NCBI GenBank assembly: GCA_963802945.1 | Contig: CAWDKY010000016.1 | Location: 192,001 to 256,000, forward strand | Length of the DNA stretch: 64,000 nucleotides | Direction of reading: 5' to 3' | Source of the DNA: an uncultured delta proteobacterium | Lineage (GTDB): Bacteria > Desulfobacterota > RBG-13-43-22 | Translations under genes and position numbers: made by a program | The notes under the pieces: model-generated | Database searches by the model: none | What the model saw: only the letters and a program-made list of their open reading frames with translations | Told to the model about the DNA's origin: nothing | In this document: positions 1 to 10,285 of the stretch, in pieces | Layout: the number at the start of each line of letters is the position of its first letter | Position numbering within the stretch: the stretch's first letter is position 1

Positions 1-938
1 AAACTGGGGTGATCACTAATGGGCAGTAAACTGGTAAGAGTCGATAATTCCGCATCCGAAGAACCACCGCCATAATGTTGAGAGTAAAAATGTTCAAAAA
101 ATATGGAATGTTTTTTCAGGTTATTCAGAAATGGGGTGATTTCAATATTATTTATTTTTTTGTTCATAACTAACTTTTCTAGGGATTCTATTTGAATAAT
201 AATAATATTGGAACCTTTCAATAAGGATGAGGGCAAAGTTGCTAAGGCGATTTTTTTGGAAATTTTTCCCGGGTAGGGAATAGCCGCCTCTTCTTTGAAA
301 AAGTGATCACGAATACCCTTATAAGCCAGCCCAGCGGCAGTCCAGGTTATTCCATAGGCTCGGATAGCATCAGTGGAATGAAAATCAATTCGTTTGGCCG
401 GACTCTCAATAATGAACTGAGAGCTGATATAGCTTGTATAAACTAACAATAGGCCGATAGCCACATATCTTACTGTTAGATTTTTAAAATGGTTAAGCTC
501 TATTTTTTTGATAAACAAAAAGGACAAAATGATGACTATTGGCCAAAAGGCAATTAACCAATAATCCAGAGGTTGGAGCAATTGATAAAGAATCTGTTCC
601 TTTATTATCCATAGTTCACTACTACTTGCAAAGAGGAGGGAAGGTTCAGGGGTGTCCTGGTAGTAATTAAAATAAAGCCTCAGGGCGATAAAGGTAAAAA
701 AATAAATGGTATTAAAGCCAATAATGAAAAGTATTTTATATATTTTCGATCCGAGTTTTAAAAAGTAAAAATAAAATACTGGAACGATCGAAAACATCAT
801 AAAGAGCTTTATAGATCGTTTAAGAATACTAAATAAGAGGTTATACCCAGGAGGCAGGATACTATGGAGGGCAATAAAAAAGTTTAGATAAGGTAATAAT
901 AATAATAAAGATATTAATAAATATAATACGTAAATCAT
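1..938 (-). CDS. LTA synthase / phosphoglycerol transferase family membrane sulfatase (partial, runs off left edge)
   Basis: Manual minus-strand translation from ATG 938 gives several TM segments, then NIIIIQIESLE...EITPFLNNLKK...FYSQHYGGGSSDAELSTLTSLLP, typical of the LtaS-family catalytic domain. Not in the ORF track because there is no stop in the window. Confidence 0.8.
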   Translation of the reverse strand, partial: MIYVLYLLISLLLLLPYLNFFIALHSILPPGYNLLFSILKRSIKLFMMFSIVPVFYFYFLKLGSKIYKILFIIGFNTIYFFTFIALRLYFNYYQDTPEPSLLFASSSELWIIKEQILYQLLQPLDYWLIAFWPIVIILSFLFIKKIELNHFKNLTVRYVAIGLLLVYTSYISSQFIIESPAKRIDFHSTDAIRAYGITWTAAGLAYKGIRDHFFKEEAAIPYPGKISKKIALATLPSSLLKGSNIIIIQIESLEKLVMNKKINNIEITPFLNNLKKHSIFFEHFYSQHYGGGSSDAELSTLTSLLPISDHPS

Positions 939-1382
939 GCTTTTGATGAATTCCAGTTCAAAGCCAAAGGGCTATTTTATTCAAATAAGTTAAGGACTTC
1001 AAGAAGAAGTCTATAACTTGACAAGGGCCAAATATTTTTCCTGTGTCTTAGAAAGGGACTTATTGCTGAAAGCTATTAGAATATTAGACAGCGAGGGGCT
1101 CACAAAGTTAAAATTAGCTTTTAATAGTTTCTTGTCGGACTCCGCGGCCTCTTGTTCTCGTATAGACCGGATGATTTTATAAGGTTAAATTTTTTAACTT
1201 AACTAAATTTCCTTCTGTCTAAACAAATTAGGTTGGCCTTTTTAAGAAAGACCCTGGGGTCTCCAAAGAAAAATCGAAAGGGGGTAGGCTGTAACCACAG
1301 GAAGATTATACGGTTTTTGGATTTCGAGACAGGGGGAAGCCATTAACGTTAACTTTAAAAAGAACCACGAAAGGAAGAAGAA

Positions 1383-1862
1383 ATGATCAGACAAACTAAA
1401 ATTTTAGTGTTTTTGTTCGCTTTACTTTTAATGAGCGGCAGCGTTTATGCCATGGACCCAGGAGATAGTGGTGCCAAAGAAGGATTTAAGGCCCATCACC
1501 CTAACCTATTGAATCTCACCCCGGAACAAAAAACCAAGCTTCAGGCCTTGTGGAAGAATTTTCGGAAGGAAACGGTGTTTCTACGCAATGACCTTAAGGT
1601 TAAACGGCTGGAGCTTAAAACCTTGTGGACTGTCCCTAACCCGGACAAAGACAAGATCATAGCCAAACAAAATGAACTTAACGACTTGAAAACCAAATTA
1701 CAAATGAAGGTCATCGATTTTCGGCTAGAAGCCAGGAGTTATCTCACCCCGGAGCAGGCCGCCCAGGTTGGGATGTGGGGTCCGAAGATTGGGCACCGGC
1801 GGCATATGGCCGGGAGAATGCGGGCAGGCCATCAGAAAGACCATGGCCATTTTCTAAATTAA
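1383..1862 (+). CDS. Spy/CpxP/ZraP-family periplasmic protein
   Basis: Signal peptide, LNLTPEQ and YLTPEQ motifs, His/Gly-rich C-terminus. Confidence 0.75.
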   Translation: MIRQTKILVFLFALLLMSGSVYAMDPGDSGAKEGFKAHHPNLLNLTPEQKTKLQALWKNFRKETVFLRNDLKVKRLELKTLWTVPNPDKDKIIAKQNELNDLKTKLQMKVIDFRLEARSYLTPEQAAQVGMWGPKIGHRRHMAGRMRAGHQKDHGHFLN

Positions 1863-2073
1863 CCCCCAATTCGTTCTTAACCCTTATATAAAAATATGGG
1901 GTAGAAGGCATCATCCTGTGTTTCGGGGAGAGGATTAGGGTTCCTAAGCGACAGAGCATCTTTTAATTGAAAGGGAGCTCTTATAAAAGAGTTCCCATAA
2001 AACAACTTGATTAAAAGGACCTTGGCCATTTTTTAAGAGAGAAGTCATTTCCGCCTCTCCCCAGGAGGAGAAA

Positions 2074-3662
2074 ATGGTCACTATTTTACATACCGAATGG
2101 TCCAGAGGATGGGACGGCCAGGAGATTGAAAATGGTGTCTATAATGACATTAAACGCAAAAAACGTTTTAAAAATAGTTTCCATGCTTTTCAACAGGTCG
2201 AAAAACAGAAGGAAGGGATTAAAAAGCTTCTTAAAAAGGGGAAACAGGATTTGGCGTTGCGATTTACTAAAGAGCTTATTGTCAGCCAACGTCACAATGG
2301 TGGACCTAAACATATAGCCAAATCTCTATGTGATCTTGCACAATTTGCTAAGGGATTGGGTAACCAAGAACTCCAGCTAGAATTTGCTTCAATGGCAGTT
2401 ACAGAAGCCCCTGGCGACGCTTGGTCATATGCAACCCTTGGGGACGCCTTCCGGTCCCTTACTGAGTTCCAACAATCTCTAGATATGTATCATACTGCAG
2501 AGGTGCTTGGAAATGTTTGTGTAGCATTATGCGGGCGTGCGGAGGTATTGAAGGACCTCGGGAAGATAGAAGAATCCCTTCAAATTTATGAGCAATGTAT
2601 TCGGGAATTTCCTACTGATCTTGTTCCCCGCAATGGTTGGGCAGACTGCCTTGGCGTATAATGGCAAACTCCAACAAGCATTGGACGCTTACGACGAAAT
2701 ATTACGAGAAACAACTTTTAATTTAGTTACTAATAGTGGTCGTGCCCAAGTACTTCGAGATATGGGACGACTCGATGAAGCCCTCAAAGAATTTAGTGAA
2801 CTTGCCAAGAGTCACCCTGAGGGTTTATTTCAGCAGTCTGCGCGTGCAGAAGTTCTCCGGGAGCTTGGCAAGTTAGAGAAGGCTGAGGAAGCTCTAGTTA
2901 TTATGATCGAGCATTTTCCTTTGGCTTCAGGACCACGAAATTTATATGCAAAATTGCTCCGAGATTTAGGACGTTTTTATGAAGCGTTAAACGAGTATAA
3001 TAAAACGATCATGAAATTCCCTTTGAACCCTTGGGCATACGTTGGCGTTGCCGAAACTTATAAGAAGACAGGAAGACTCCAGGAGGCACTGGATGCCTAT
3101 GAACAAGCTGTGAATCATTTTCCTCGTTCTGTAACTGCTCGAAATGGTAAGGCATCTGTTTTAGTAGCTATGGGGAATTACTTAACCGCCTTAAAAATTC
3201 TCCCTACTAACTTACCAGCAACTCAGAGTGAATGGGTTGCTTATCATATTCGGGGTATGGCCCAACTGCGTTCTGGTAAATTGGAATCGGCAGAGGAAAT
3301 TTTCGAATGGGGAGCAAGAGAGAGAGAATCCTTGGGTATTTCAACGTGCCTTCTTTAAAACAGCTCTTGCGAGCCTCCGCATTCAGCAAAAACGATATCC
3401 AGAGGTGTTCCCCCTTGTTCGGGAATTAATTCATCCATCTATTGAACCAATTACTCATACACTCATTATGCACGCCTCTGGTGAATTAGGTGATACACCT
3501 CGGTTCATCCAATCTTATAAATCTATTCGAAATACATCAGCACCTGTTGTTATAGAACTACGCAGAGCATTAGCAGAACGTTACAGGCAACAAACTACTT
3601 TTACCCCACCAGATAGTTGGTTCTTTCTTCATGAGTGTGACTCGTTACTTCTTGCTGCTTAG
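2074..3662 (+). CDS. Tetratricopeptide repeat protein (split over three frames)
   Basis: Overlapping ORFs 2074-2661, 2588-3358 and 3228-3662 with continuous TPR-like units (RAEVLKDLGK, RAQVLRDMGR, RAEVLRELGK). Confidence 0.7.
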
Positions 3663-3736
3663 TTGTTCTATCTAAAACGCCCTGATGGATGATGGATGCT
3701 GGCCCTTAGCGCCTCTCCTTTCTCCTTGATCAATCA

Positions 3737-3768
3737 AAAGCAGGACCATCACTGGCCCTGCCTTTTTT
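3737..3768 (+). terminator. Probable intrinsic terminator
   Basis: aaagcagg...cctgcc stem followed by a T-run, downstream of the TPR gene. Confidence 0.45.
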
Positions 3769-4338
3769 ATGCACATTTCAACCAGTAATCGTTAATTTTT
3801 GGAACGATCGTTTTAGAATAGTTATAGGTGAAGTCGAGAAAAATGGATTGAAGAGGCAAGTTACGTGGGAACTTGAAGACTTCTTCCTCAAACTTCAATT
3901 CTTGAAAAAACAGAAGAGTCAAACGGTAATCGTTATCCAGTCGGCAAGAGATTTAAACCATCGGCAACCCACCCAGAGACCCCAACCCTATTGAACTTCA
4001 GATAGACTCCTTGGGTTCCCAACTTTTTTACAATGAGGAAGTCTTAGACCAGGACTCTGCGGTTTCTGCAGATCACTCCACCGTTTAAGATAGGGGATGA
4101 TCGGGACATATTGGTAAAAATATTATCTCTTTTAAACGAACTTATTAGCCCAAAGAGAGACTTCCTTACAACTCAAAATCTATTATAGTCTCTTTCAAAT
4201 GGATTGAAGAGATGTGCCTGGAGATTGAGGGCGGCTGGCGTCACCCCGACGTATGGGGTGCTGAGTGGACCGCAGAGATATCGCCAAAGCAGGCTTCGGT
4301 GTCCGCGTAAACATCGAAGATCCTCCCCGACGAAAAAA

Positions 4339-5136
4339 TTAGACCCTTTTGGACTCGGAAATTTTCTCCTCCACTCTTTCCCCCTCAGCCGATTTCTTTA
4401 AAACAAAAAACATATCCTCCCCAAGGGACTCAAGGGGAAGCCCGAGGGACACCGCTATTGCCCGCATCTTATTCGCGTGCTCGGGCGGCATGATGTTCCA
4501 GACGTCTTTCGTATAAAACGTTTCAACGATGAATCCGGCGGTACTAAAAAATGCCGACAACTCCCCATAGGTGAACTCCCTGACGTGGGGTCGATACATC
4601 ATGGGCGGTTCGCCATGAAGGGCGCAATTAGCGGCCAATAAGCTCGCCCCGTTCGGCGTGGTCAAGATCATCGCCCCTCCGTGCTTCAGGATCCGGTAGC
4701 ATTCACGGATATTACACAGAACCCCGCTATTATTGAAAAGGGCCACCTGCAATTCCTCCTCCTGTGAGTTGCCGTCGAATTTAAGCGGGGGAGGGTCCTG
4801 GTCTTTTAGATGCTCCAGGACCTCACCGCTTACGATGAGGTCAAAGCGGTTGTCCGCCAGGTAGGGGAGTGGATATCGCAGATCGCTAATGGTATTCGTG
4901 ACCCTATGCCCAGGGAGAAATTTTCGGAGCGCCCAAGTGAAGATACACGATCCCCCCATCTCGCAGATTTCCCATCCCAAATGGGCAGATTGGAAGACCA
5001 GCTCAAGCGTTTCCAAGAACCTGGTTTTGTGACTCTTTATATAATTCGCGTCACTGTCACTGACCCGGGCGATCGCTTGGTCCAGATACAATTCCACATC
5101 GGCTCTGTTCATCTTAAACAAATTTTCGGTTTGCAT
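4339..5136 (-). CDS. Class I SAM-dependent methyltransferase
   Basis: FDLIVSGEVLEHL and ECYRILKHGGAMILTTPN motifs; likely start is ATG 5136 after a purine-rich SD. Confidence 0.75.
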   Translation of the reverse strand: MQTENLFKMNRADVELYLDQAIARVSDSDANYIKSHKTRFLETLELVFQSAHLGWEICEMGGSCIFTWALRKFLPGHRVTNTISDLRYPLPYLADNRFDLIVSGEVLEHLKDQDPPPLKFDGNSQEEELQVALFNNSGVLCNIRECYRILKHGGAMILTTPNGASLLAANCALHGEPPMMYRPHVREFTYGELSAFFSTAGFIVETFYTKDVWNIMPPEHANKMRAIAVSLGLPLESLGEDMFFVLKKSAEGERVEEKISESKRV

Positions 5137-5619
5137 ATTCTCTCTCCTCTTAGTGGGAAATCTACCATATCCATGATCTACAGTAAAGTCTCCCGGGGGC
5201 CTTATCAAAAAGAAAATCCAGGATGCCCTTGATTCCCTTTCCATTTATGGAAATACTCTCCAAGCCGCCTCATCTGATCCAGGGGCGGATTAAATATTTC
5301 AAATTGTACTCGTTAATTTTTGGGACTATAGTTTTTGAGGACTTGCAGGTGAAAGCGAAAAATTCAAAGGCAGTGAATCAGATTTATAATATTTCGAGGA
5401 GTAGGTGACTTTTTTGGATAATCTTAATTTGATTTGTTGTCATCCTCGCAATAAAATTCCCCCAATAGTTATCGGCGATCCTGTTTATCAGGGGGACCTT
5501 AAGGCCCCTTTGCCTTCCCCTTTACAAACAAAAAAATGGTTGCGCATAGGTTGCAAATCGCAGTAATGTTGCCGTAATCTTGATTAAGTTACTATTAATA
5601 AAATTAAAAATTGCGCCTG

Positions 5620-7347
5620 TTACCTAATATAGGCTTCGGTCACGTAACGGCGCATCATTCGGTGGGTGTTGAAGTAATAAGCGTTTTTTCCGATGGCATT
5701 TTGCATCATCCTGAGCCAGATCCCTTTTTCCTCATAAAAGGTGGGGATGATGAGCTGTTCGAGTTTGAGGTAAAGATCCTGCGCATCCCGGGGATCATTG
5801 CCGTCCTCCAATTTGGTATCCGTCGGACTTGGTCCGATGGCCCAGCCGGTATATCCTTCAATATGACCCTCTATCCACCAGCCGTCCAGGACACTGAAAT
5901 TCAATACACCGTTATGGGCCGCTTTCATCCCGCTGGTGCCCGAAGCCTCCCGGGGTCGAAGCGGGGTATTAAGCCAGACATCCACACCGGAAACCAGTTT
6001 CAAGGCCAGGTCCATATCATAATTAGGAAGATAGACCATATTGATTTGGCCTTTCAGCTTTTCCTTAAACTGAAAAATTCTTTCGATCAGGGCCTTGCCC
6101 GGCTGATCATTGGGGTGGGCCTTGCCGGCATAGATGATTTGAAGCTTGCCCGCCCCAATGGCCTTTAATCGTTCCAGATCACTGAATAAAAGATCGGCCC
6201 TTTTGTAGGCTGTCGCCCGTCGGGCAAAGCCCAAAGTCAATAGGTCGGGCTTCATCTCCACACCGGTAGTCTCTCGAACATAATGGAATAATATCTTTTT
6301 GGCTTCCATATGGGCTTCCCAAATTTCTTCATCCGGTATCCTGCTCGACACGGACAAAAAATTCAGGCTCATTGGCCCATCCGGGCAGATACTTGTCATA
6401 AAGCTTTTTGAAACCTTCACAGGTCCAGGTATAGGAATGAACCCCATTGGTGATGGCGCTTATTTTGTATCCGGGAAACATAGTTCTGGAAACCTCCACG
6501 TGTTTTTTGGCCACCCCGTTAACAAATTCACTCAAGTTGAGGGCCAGCAGGGTCATGTTCAGGACCTCCTGACCGGCCAGCCCTTTAAGCACATCAAAGG
6601 GAACGGGCTCGCCCAAAATCTGCCGGACTAAGTCATAGGAAAACCGATCGTGCCCGGCTTCCACCGGGGTATGGGTGGTAAAAACACAAAGATCTTTGAC
6701 CCGGTCTATATCCCAGACCAGTTTCTCATCCCAAACCTCTTCAATAGGTTTTTTAAAAGTTTGCAGAAGTTCAAGGGTTAAAAGGCTGGCGTGACCTTCA
6801 TTGAGATGATATTTCTTTATTTCAAAGCCCAGTTTTTTCAGCATGTCGCGCCCCGCCTATGCCCAGGACGATTTCCTGCTTTAACCGGTAAGCCAGGTCT
6901 TTCCCATAAAGAAAAGAGGTGATATCCCGATCTTCGGGGGCATTTCCCTGTAGGTCGGTGTCGAGAAAGAAAATCGGGATCTGTCCCCCGGTAAAACTTT
7001 TTACGGTGTAATGCCAAGCTTTGAACCAAAACCTTCCGGCCTTCAATTTCCACTGAGATCTTGGGGGAAAGCCGGGTCATAAATTTGGCCGGCTCCCAAA
7101 AGACCGGGTGTTCGGTTTGCCTGCCTTTTTCATCGAGTTCTTGACGGAAGTATCCTTTTTTACTCAGCAAGGTAACCGCCACCATGGGGAGGTTAAGGTC
7201 GGCCCCGGATTTTATGGTATCCCCGGCCAGGACACCCAGACCACCGCTGTAGGTTGGGATACTGCTTTGAATGCCTATTTCCATGGAGAAGTAAGCGATC
7301 ATGGGTTCTTTGGTCAGTTCCATTAATAAAACGGCTTCAGGATTCAT
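5620..7347 (-). CDS. glgP: Alpha-glucan (glycogen) phosphorylase, frameshifted
   Basis: AYFSMEIG...[42 protein letters not shown] and [14 protein letters not shown] spread across four overlapping ORFs. Confidence 0.92.
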
Positions 7348-7540
7348 GGATTTCCCTTTACGAGTGGTATCTTTTAAAAAAATAGGTCAAAATTATGTAA
7401 CACAATGACAATTTGGATTAAAATTGATAATATTGTCAAGTGATTATTTATTGCATTATTTTCTTGCCAATAGCGGTCAAATCGGCTATAAACTTTTATT
7501 TTAATTTCTTGCTTCAGAAATTTTTCAAGAGGGGAACTGG

Positions 7541-7639
7541 ATGGGTAGCGTAGTCAAAAAAAGACGGAAAAAAATGAGGAAGCACAAACACAAAAAGTTG
7601 ATGAGAAAAACCCGTCATCAGCGTAAGAAGAGGGGTTAA
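7541..7639 (+). CDS. AURKAIP1/COX24-domain small basic protein (bS22-like ribosomal protein)
   Basis: MGSVVKKRRKKMRKHKHKKLMRKTRHQRKKRG*, preceded by SD-like GAGGGG; below the ORF-track cutoff. Confidence 0.88.
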   Translation: MGSVVKKRRKKMRKHKHKKLMRKTRHQRKKRG

Positions 7640-7742
7640 CCGCCCTCAATTGTCAGAAGGGCATCGTTACCAATCGTCCAGGCGTTTTCGATTTGGATTG
7701 TACCTGCCGATAAAAAAGAAAAGTTTTCCATTCTCCAAATCC

Positions 7743-7772
7743 AGGCCATCCCTTCGGGTATGGCCTGTTTTT
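7743..7772 (+). terminator. Intrinsic terminator after the bS22-like gene
   Basis: aggccatccc-ttc-gggtatggcct followed by gttttt. Confidence 0.6.
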
Positions 7773-7802
7773 ATTGGTGAGGGGGATTTTTGATCAACTC
7801 AG

Positions 7803-8603
7803 ATGGCCATCAATAAAAAACCTATCATTTTGACCATTGCCGGATCGGATCCCAGCGGGGGTGCGGGTATCCAGGCCGACTTGAAGGTCATTGCTTTATT
7901 AGGAGGATATGGAACATCAGTCATAACAGCCCTGACGGCCCAAAACACTTTGGAGATTCAAGGAGTCCTTCCTGTTCCGCCGTCTTTTGTTAAAAAACAA
8001 CTTCAGTCAGTCTTTTCCGATATTGATGTGGGTGCCGTTAAAACAGGAATGTTGGTCCAGTCCGAGGTCATTTCTCTGGTGGCCCAAACGATGAATAATT
8101 ATAAGGTAAAAAAACTGGTTGTTGATCCGGTCATGGTCTCCGGAAGCGGGCATTCGTTATTAGAGGGGAAAGCTGTTCAGATCCTCAAAGGTGAGCTTTT
8201 CCCAATAGCCGGTTTGGTTACCCCTAATCTCTCCGAGGCCTCTGTCTTATCCGGCCTTTCGGTTCAGACCCTGGCCGACATGAAAAGGGCAGCTAGGGTC
8301 ATTAAAGAAAAGATCAGGGGGAATGTGTTAATCAAGGGAGGGCATTTGTCCGGGGCGGCGGTTGATCTCTTTTTTGATGGGATATCTTTCCAAAAATTTT
8401 CCGGCCCCCGTATCCGGATCCGGAATACTCATGGAACCGGATGCACCTTTTCGGCCGCTATTGCCTTTTTCTGGGGTCAAGGTCTTTCCTTGAGGAATGC
8501 CCTTGGAAAAGCGAAAGAATTTATCACTGAGGCCATTGCCGGGGCCCAACCGATCGGCCATGGAATGTGGCCGACCGATCCCCATGCCTGGTTTCAAAAT
8601 TGA
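7803..8603 (+). CDS. thiD: Hydroxymethylpyrimidine/phosphomethylpyrimidine kinase
   Basis: LTIAGSDPSGGAGIQADLK, VKTGML, HGTGCTFSAAIA. Confidence 0.95.
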   Translation: MAINKKPIILTIAGSDPSGGAGIQADLKVIALLGGYGTSVITALTAQNTLEIQGVLPVPPSFVKKQLQSVFSDIDVGAVKTGMLVQSEVISLVAQTMNNYKVKKLVVDPVMVSGSGHSLLEGKAVQILKGELFPIAGLVTPNLSEASVLSGLSVQTLADMKRAARVIKEKIRGNVLIKGGHLSGAAVDLFFDGISFQKFSGPRIRIRNTHGTGCTFSAAIAFFWGQGLSLRNALGKAKEFITEAIAGAQPIGHGMWPTDPHAWFQN

Positions 8604-8830
8604 TGAATTTCTAAAAAGTCATTAAATGGGACGGCACAGCGGAGGGACTTTTAGGAAGCCGTCAAAATTGATTAACATGTAAAAAGTCGTTACCCCGGCG
8701 AAAGCCGGGGTCCAGGAGAATTTTAATTGTTTTAACATACTAGATTCCGGCTGGAGTCTATCCCGCACTTGATGCGGGACCGGAATGACGTATTTTGGTT
8801 TTGGCGACTTTTTACGAAGCCGTCAAAATT
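8600..8830. repeat. MITE-like shells enclosing a GTCAY-type palindromic core
   Basis: aaaaagtc...gactttt ends around ccggcgaaagccgg-tccag and ctagattccggctggagtctatcccgcacttgatgcgggaccggaatgac; the core is near-identical to ~49664-49756 and the reverse complement of ~48277-48326. Confidence 0.8.
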
Positions 8831-8843
8831 AAGGAGTATTGCT

Positions 8844-10130
8844 TTGACACAGATTGAATCAGCCAGAAAAGGGGATTTAACCCCAGAGATGAAGCAGGTG
8901 GCCCGAGTGGAAGGGCTTGATCCTGATCAGATCCTAAAAGGAGTGGCCAAAGGGACGATTATTGTCCCGGCCAACTCCGAGAGAAAGAAGGCCCGACCCG
9001 TGGGCATCGGTCAGGGATTGACCATAAAGGTCAACGCCAATATTGGGACCTCATCTGATCAGATAGACCTGGATCAGGAACTCCTCAAACTGAAAATTTG
9101 CGATGAGGCCAAGGCCGATACGGTCATGGATCTCAGTACCGGAGGCGATCTTAAAGAGATTCTCCAGACACTGATCGCCCATTCCCCCTTACCCTTGGGC
9201 ACGGTCCCGATCTATCAGGCGGCGGTTGAAACGGTACGGGAAAAAGGAGGGATAATCCATCTGACCGCTGATAAAATTTTCAAGGTGATTGAAAGTCAGG
9301 CCCGGGCCGGGGTAGATTTTGTCACTGTTCATTGCGGGGTCACCCTTAATTCCATAGAACGCTTGCAACGGCAAGGCCGGATCACCGATATCGTCAGCCG
9401 TGGCGGGGCCTTTCTGGCCACCTGGATGGTTTATCATGCGAAAGAAAATCCCCTTTACGAACAATATGACCGGTTAGTTGAATTAGCCCGGAAATACGAT
9501 CTGACCTTGAGCCTTGGAGACGGCCTGCGTCCCGGCTGCCTTCTTGATGCCACCGACCGGGCTCAGGTGCAGGAGCTGATTACTTTAGGTGAATTACGGG
9601 AAAAGGCCCTTGAAGAGGGAGTACAGGTCATGATCGAAGGGCCGGGGCATGTGCCGCTCAATCAGATCGAGGCCAATATCCTGCTTGAGAAACAGCTCTG
9701 TCGGGGAGCACCTTTTTATGTACTCGGTCCCCTGGTCACCGATATTGCCGCCGGGCACGACCATATTGCCTGTGCCATCGGGGGTGCTTTGGCCGGTATG
9801 GCCGGGGCCGATTTCCTTTGTTATGTAACCCCCTCAGAACATCTGAAACTCCCCTCCCCGGAAGATGTGCGGGAAGGGATCATCGCCACCCGAATAGCGG
9901 CCCATGCCGCCGATCTGACCCGGGGAAGCAAGCAGGCCTGGGAACAGGACCGGCAAATGGCCATGGCCCGTAAGTCGCTAAACTGGGAAAAGCAGATGGG
10001 CCTCTGTCTTGATCCGGAAAATGCCCGTAAAATAAGGGCCGAAAGTAGTCCTATGGAATCCGAGGTCTGTACCATGTGCGGGGAATTCTGCGCCATCAAA
10101 TTGATTCGTGATTTTTTGAAAAAGAAATAG
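8844..10130 (+). CDS. thiC: Phosphomethylpyrimidine synthase
   Basis: KVNANIGTS, TVMDLSTGG, IVSRGG, SLGDGLRPG, EGPGHVP, C-terminal CTMCGEFC; adjacent to thiD; likely start TTG 8844 after AAGGAG. Confidence 0.93.
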   Translation: MTQIESARKGDLTPEMKQVARVEGLDPDQILKGVAKGTIIVPANSERKKARPVGIGQGLTIKVNANIGTSSDQIDLDQELLKLKICDEAKADTVMDLSTGGDLKEILQTLIAHSPLPLGTVPIYQAAVETVREKGGIIHLTADKIFKVIESQARAGVDFVTVHCGVTLNSIERLQRQGRITDIVSRGGAFLATWMVYHAKENPLYEQYDRLVELARKYDLTLSLGDGLRPGCLLDATDRAQVQELITLGELREKALEEGVQVMIEGPGHVPLNQIEANILLEKQLCRGAPFYVLGPLVTDIAAGHDHIACAIGGALAGMAGADFLCYVTPSEHLKLPSPEDVREGIIATRIAAHAADLTRGSKQAWEQDRQMAMARKSLNWEKQMGLCLDPENARKIRAESSPMESEVCTMCGEFCAIKLIRDFLKKK

Positions 10131-10285
10131 GATCTCTTTTTAATAAACCGCTATACCAGTTTGCAGAGGTTGCCTAAGAAAATAGATTATTGAATGTCGA
10201 ATAACGAATGATGAATGTATAGGTTAGGCAAAAACAAATCCATTCATGATTCGAAATTCGATGTTCGAAATTCAATATTAGTCTT

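Noticed and set aside
3780-4338. Unannotated gap that may hold a decayed gene
   Set aside because: No recognisable reading frame or motif on either strand
7640-7802. TPP riboswitch upstream of thiD/thiC
   Set aside because: No CTGAGA core or other TPP consensus seen; only a terminator here, and a repeat element before thiC
8769-8843. Identical N-termini MMRDRND on ThiC (8769) and the hydrolase (49736)
   Set aside because: Artefact of ORF extension into the same palindromic repeat; true starts with SD are at 8844 and 49805
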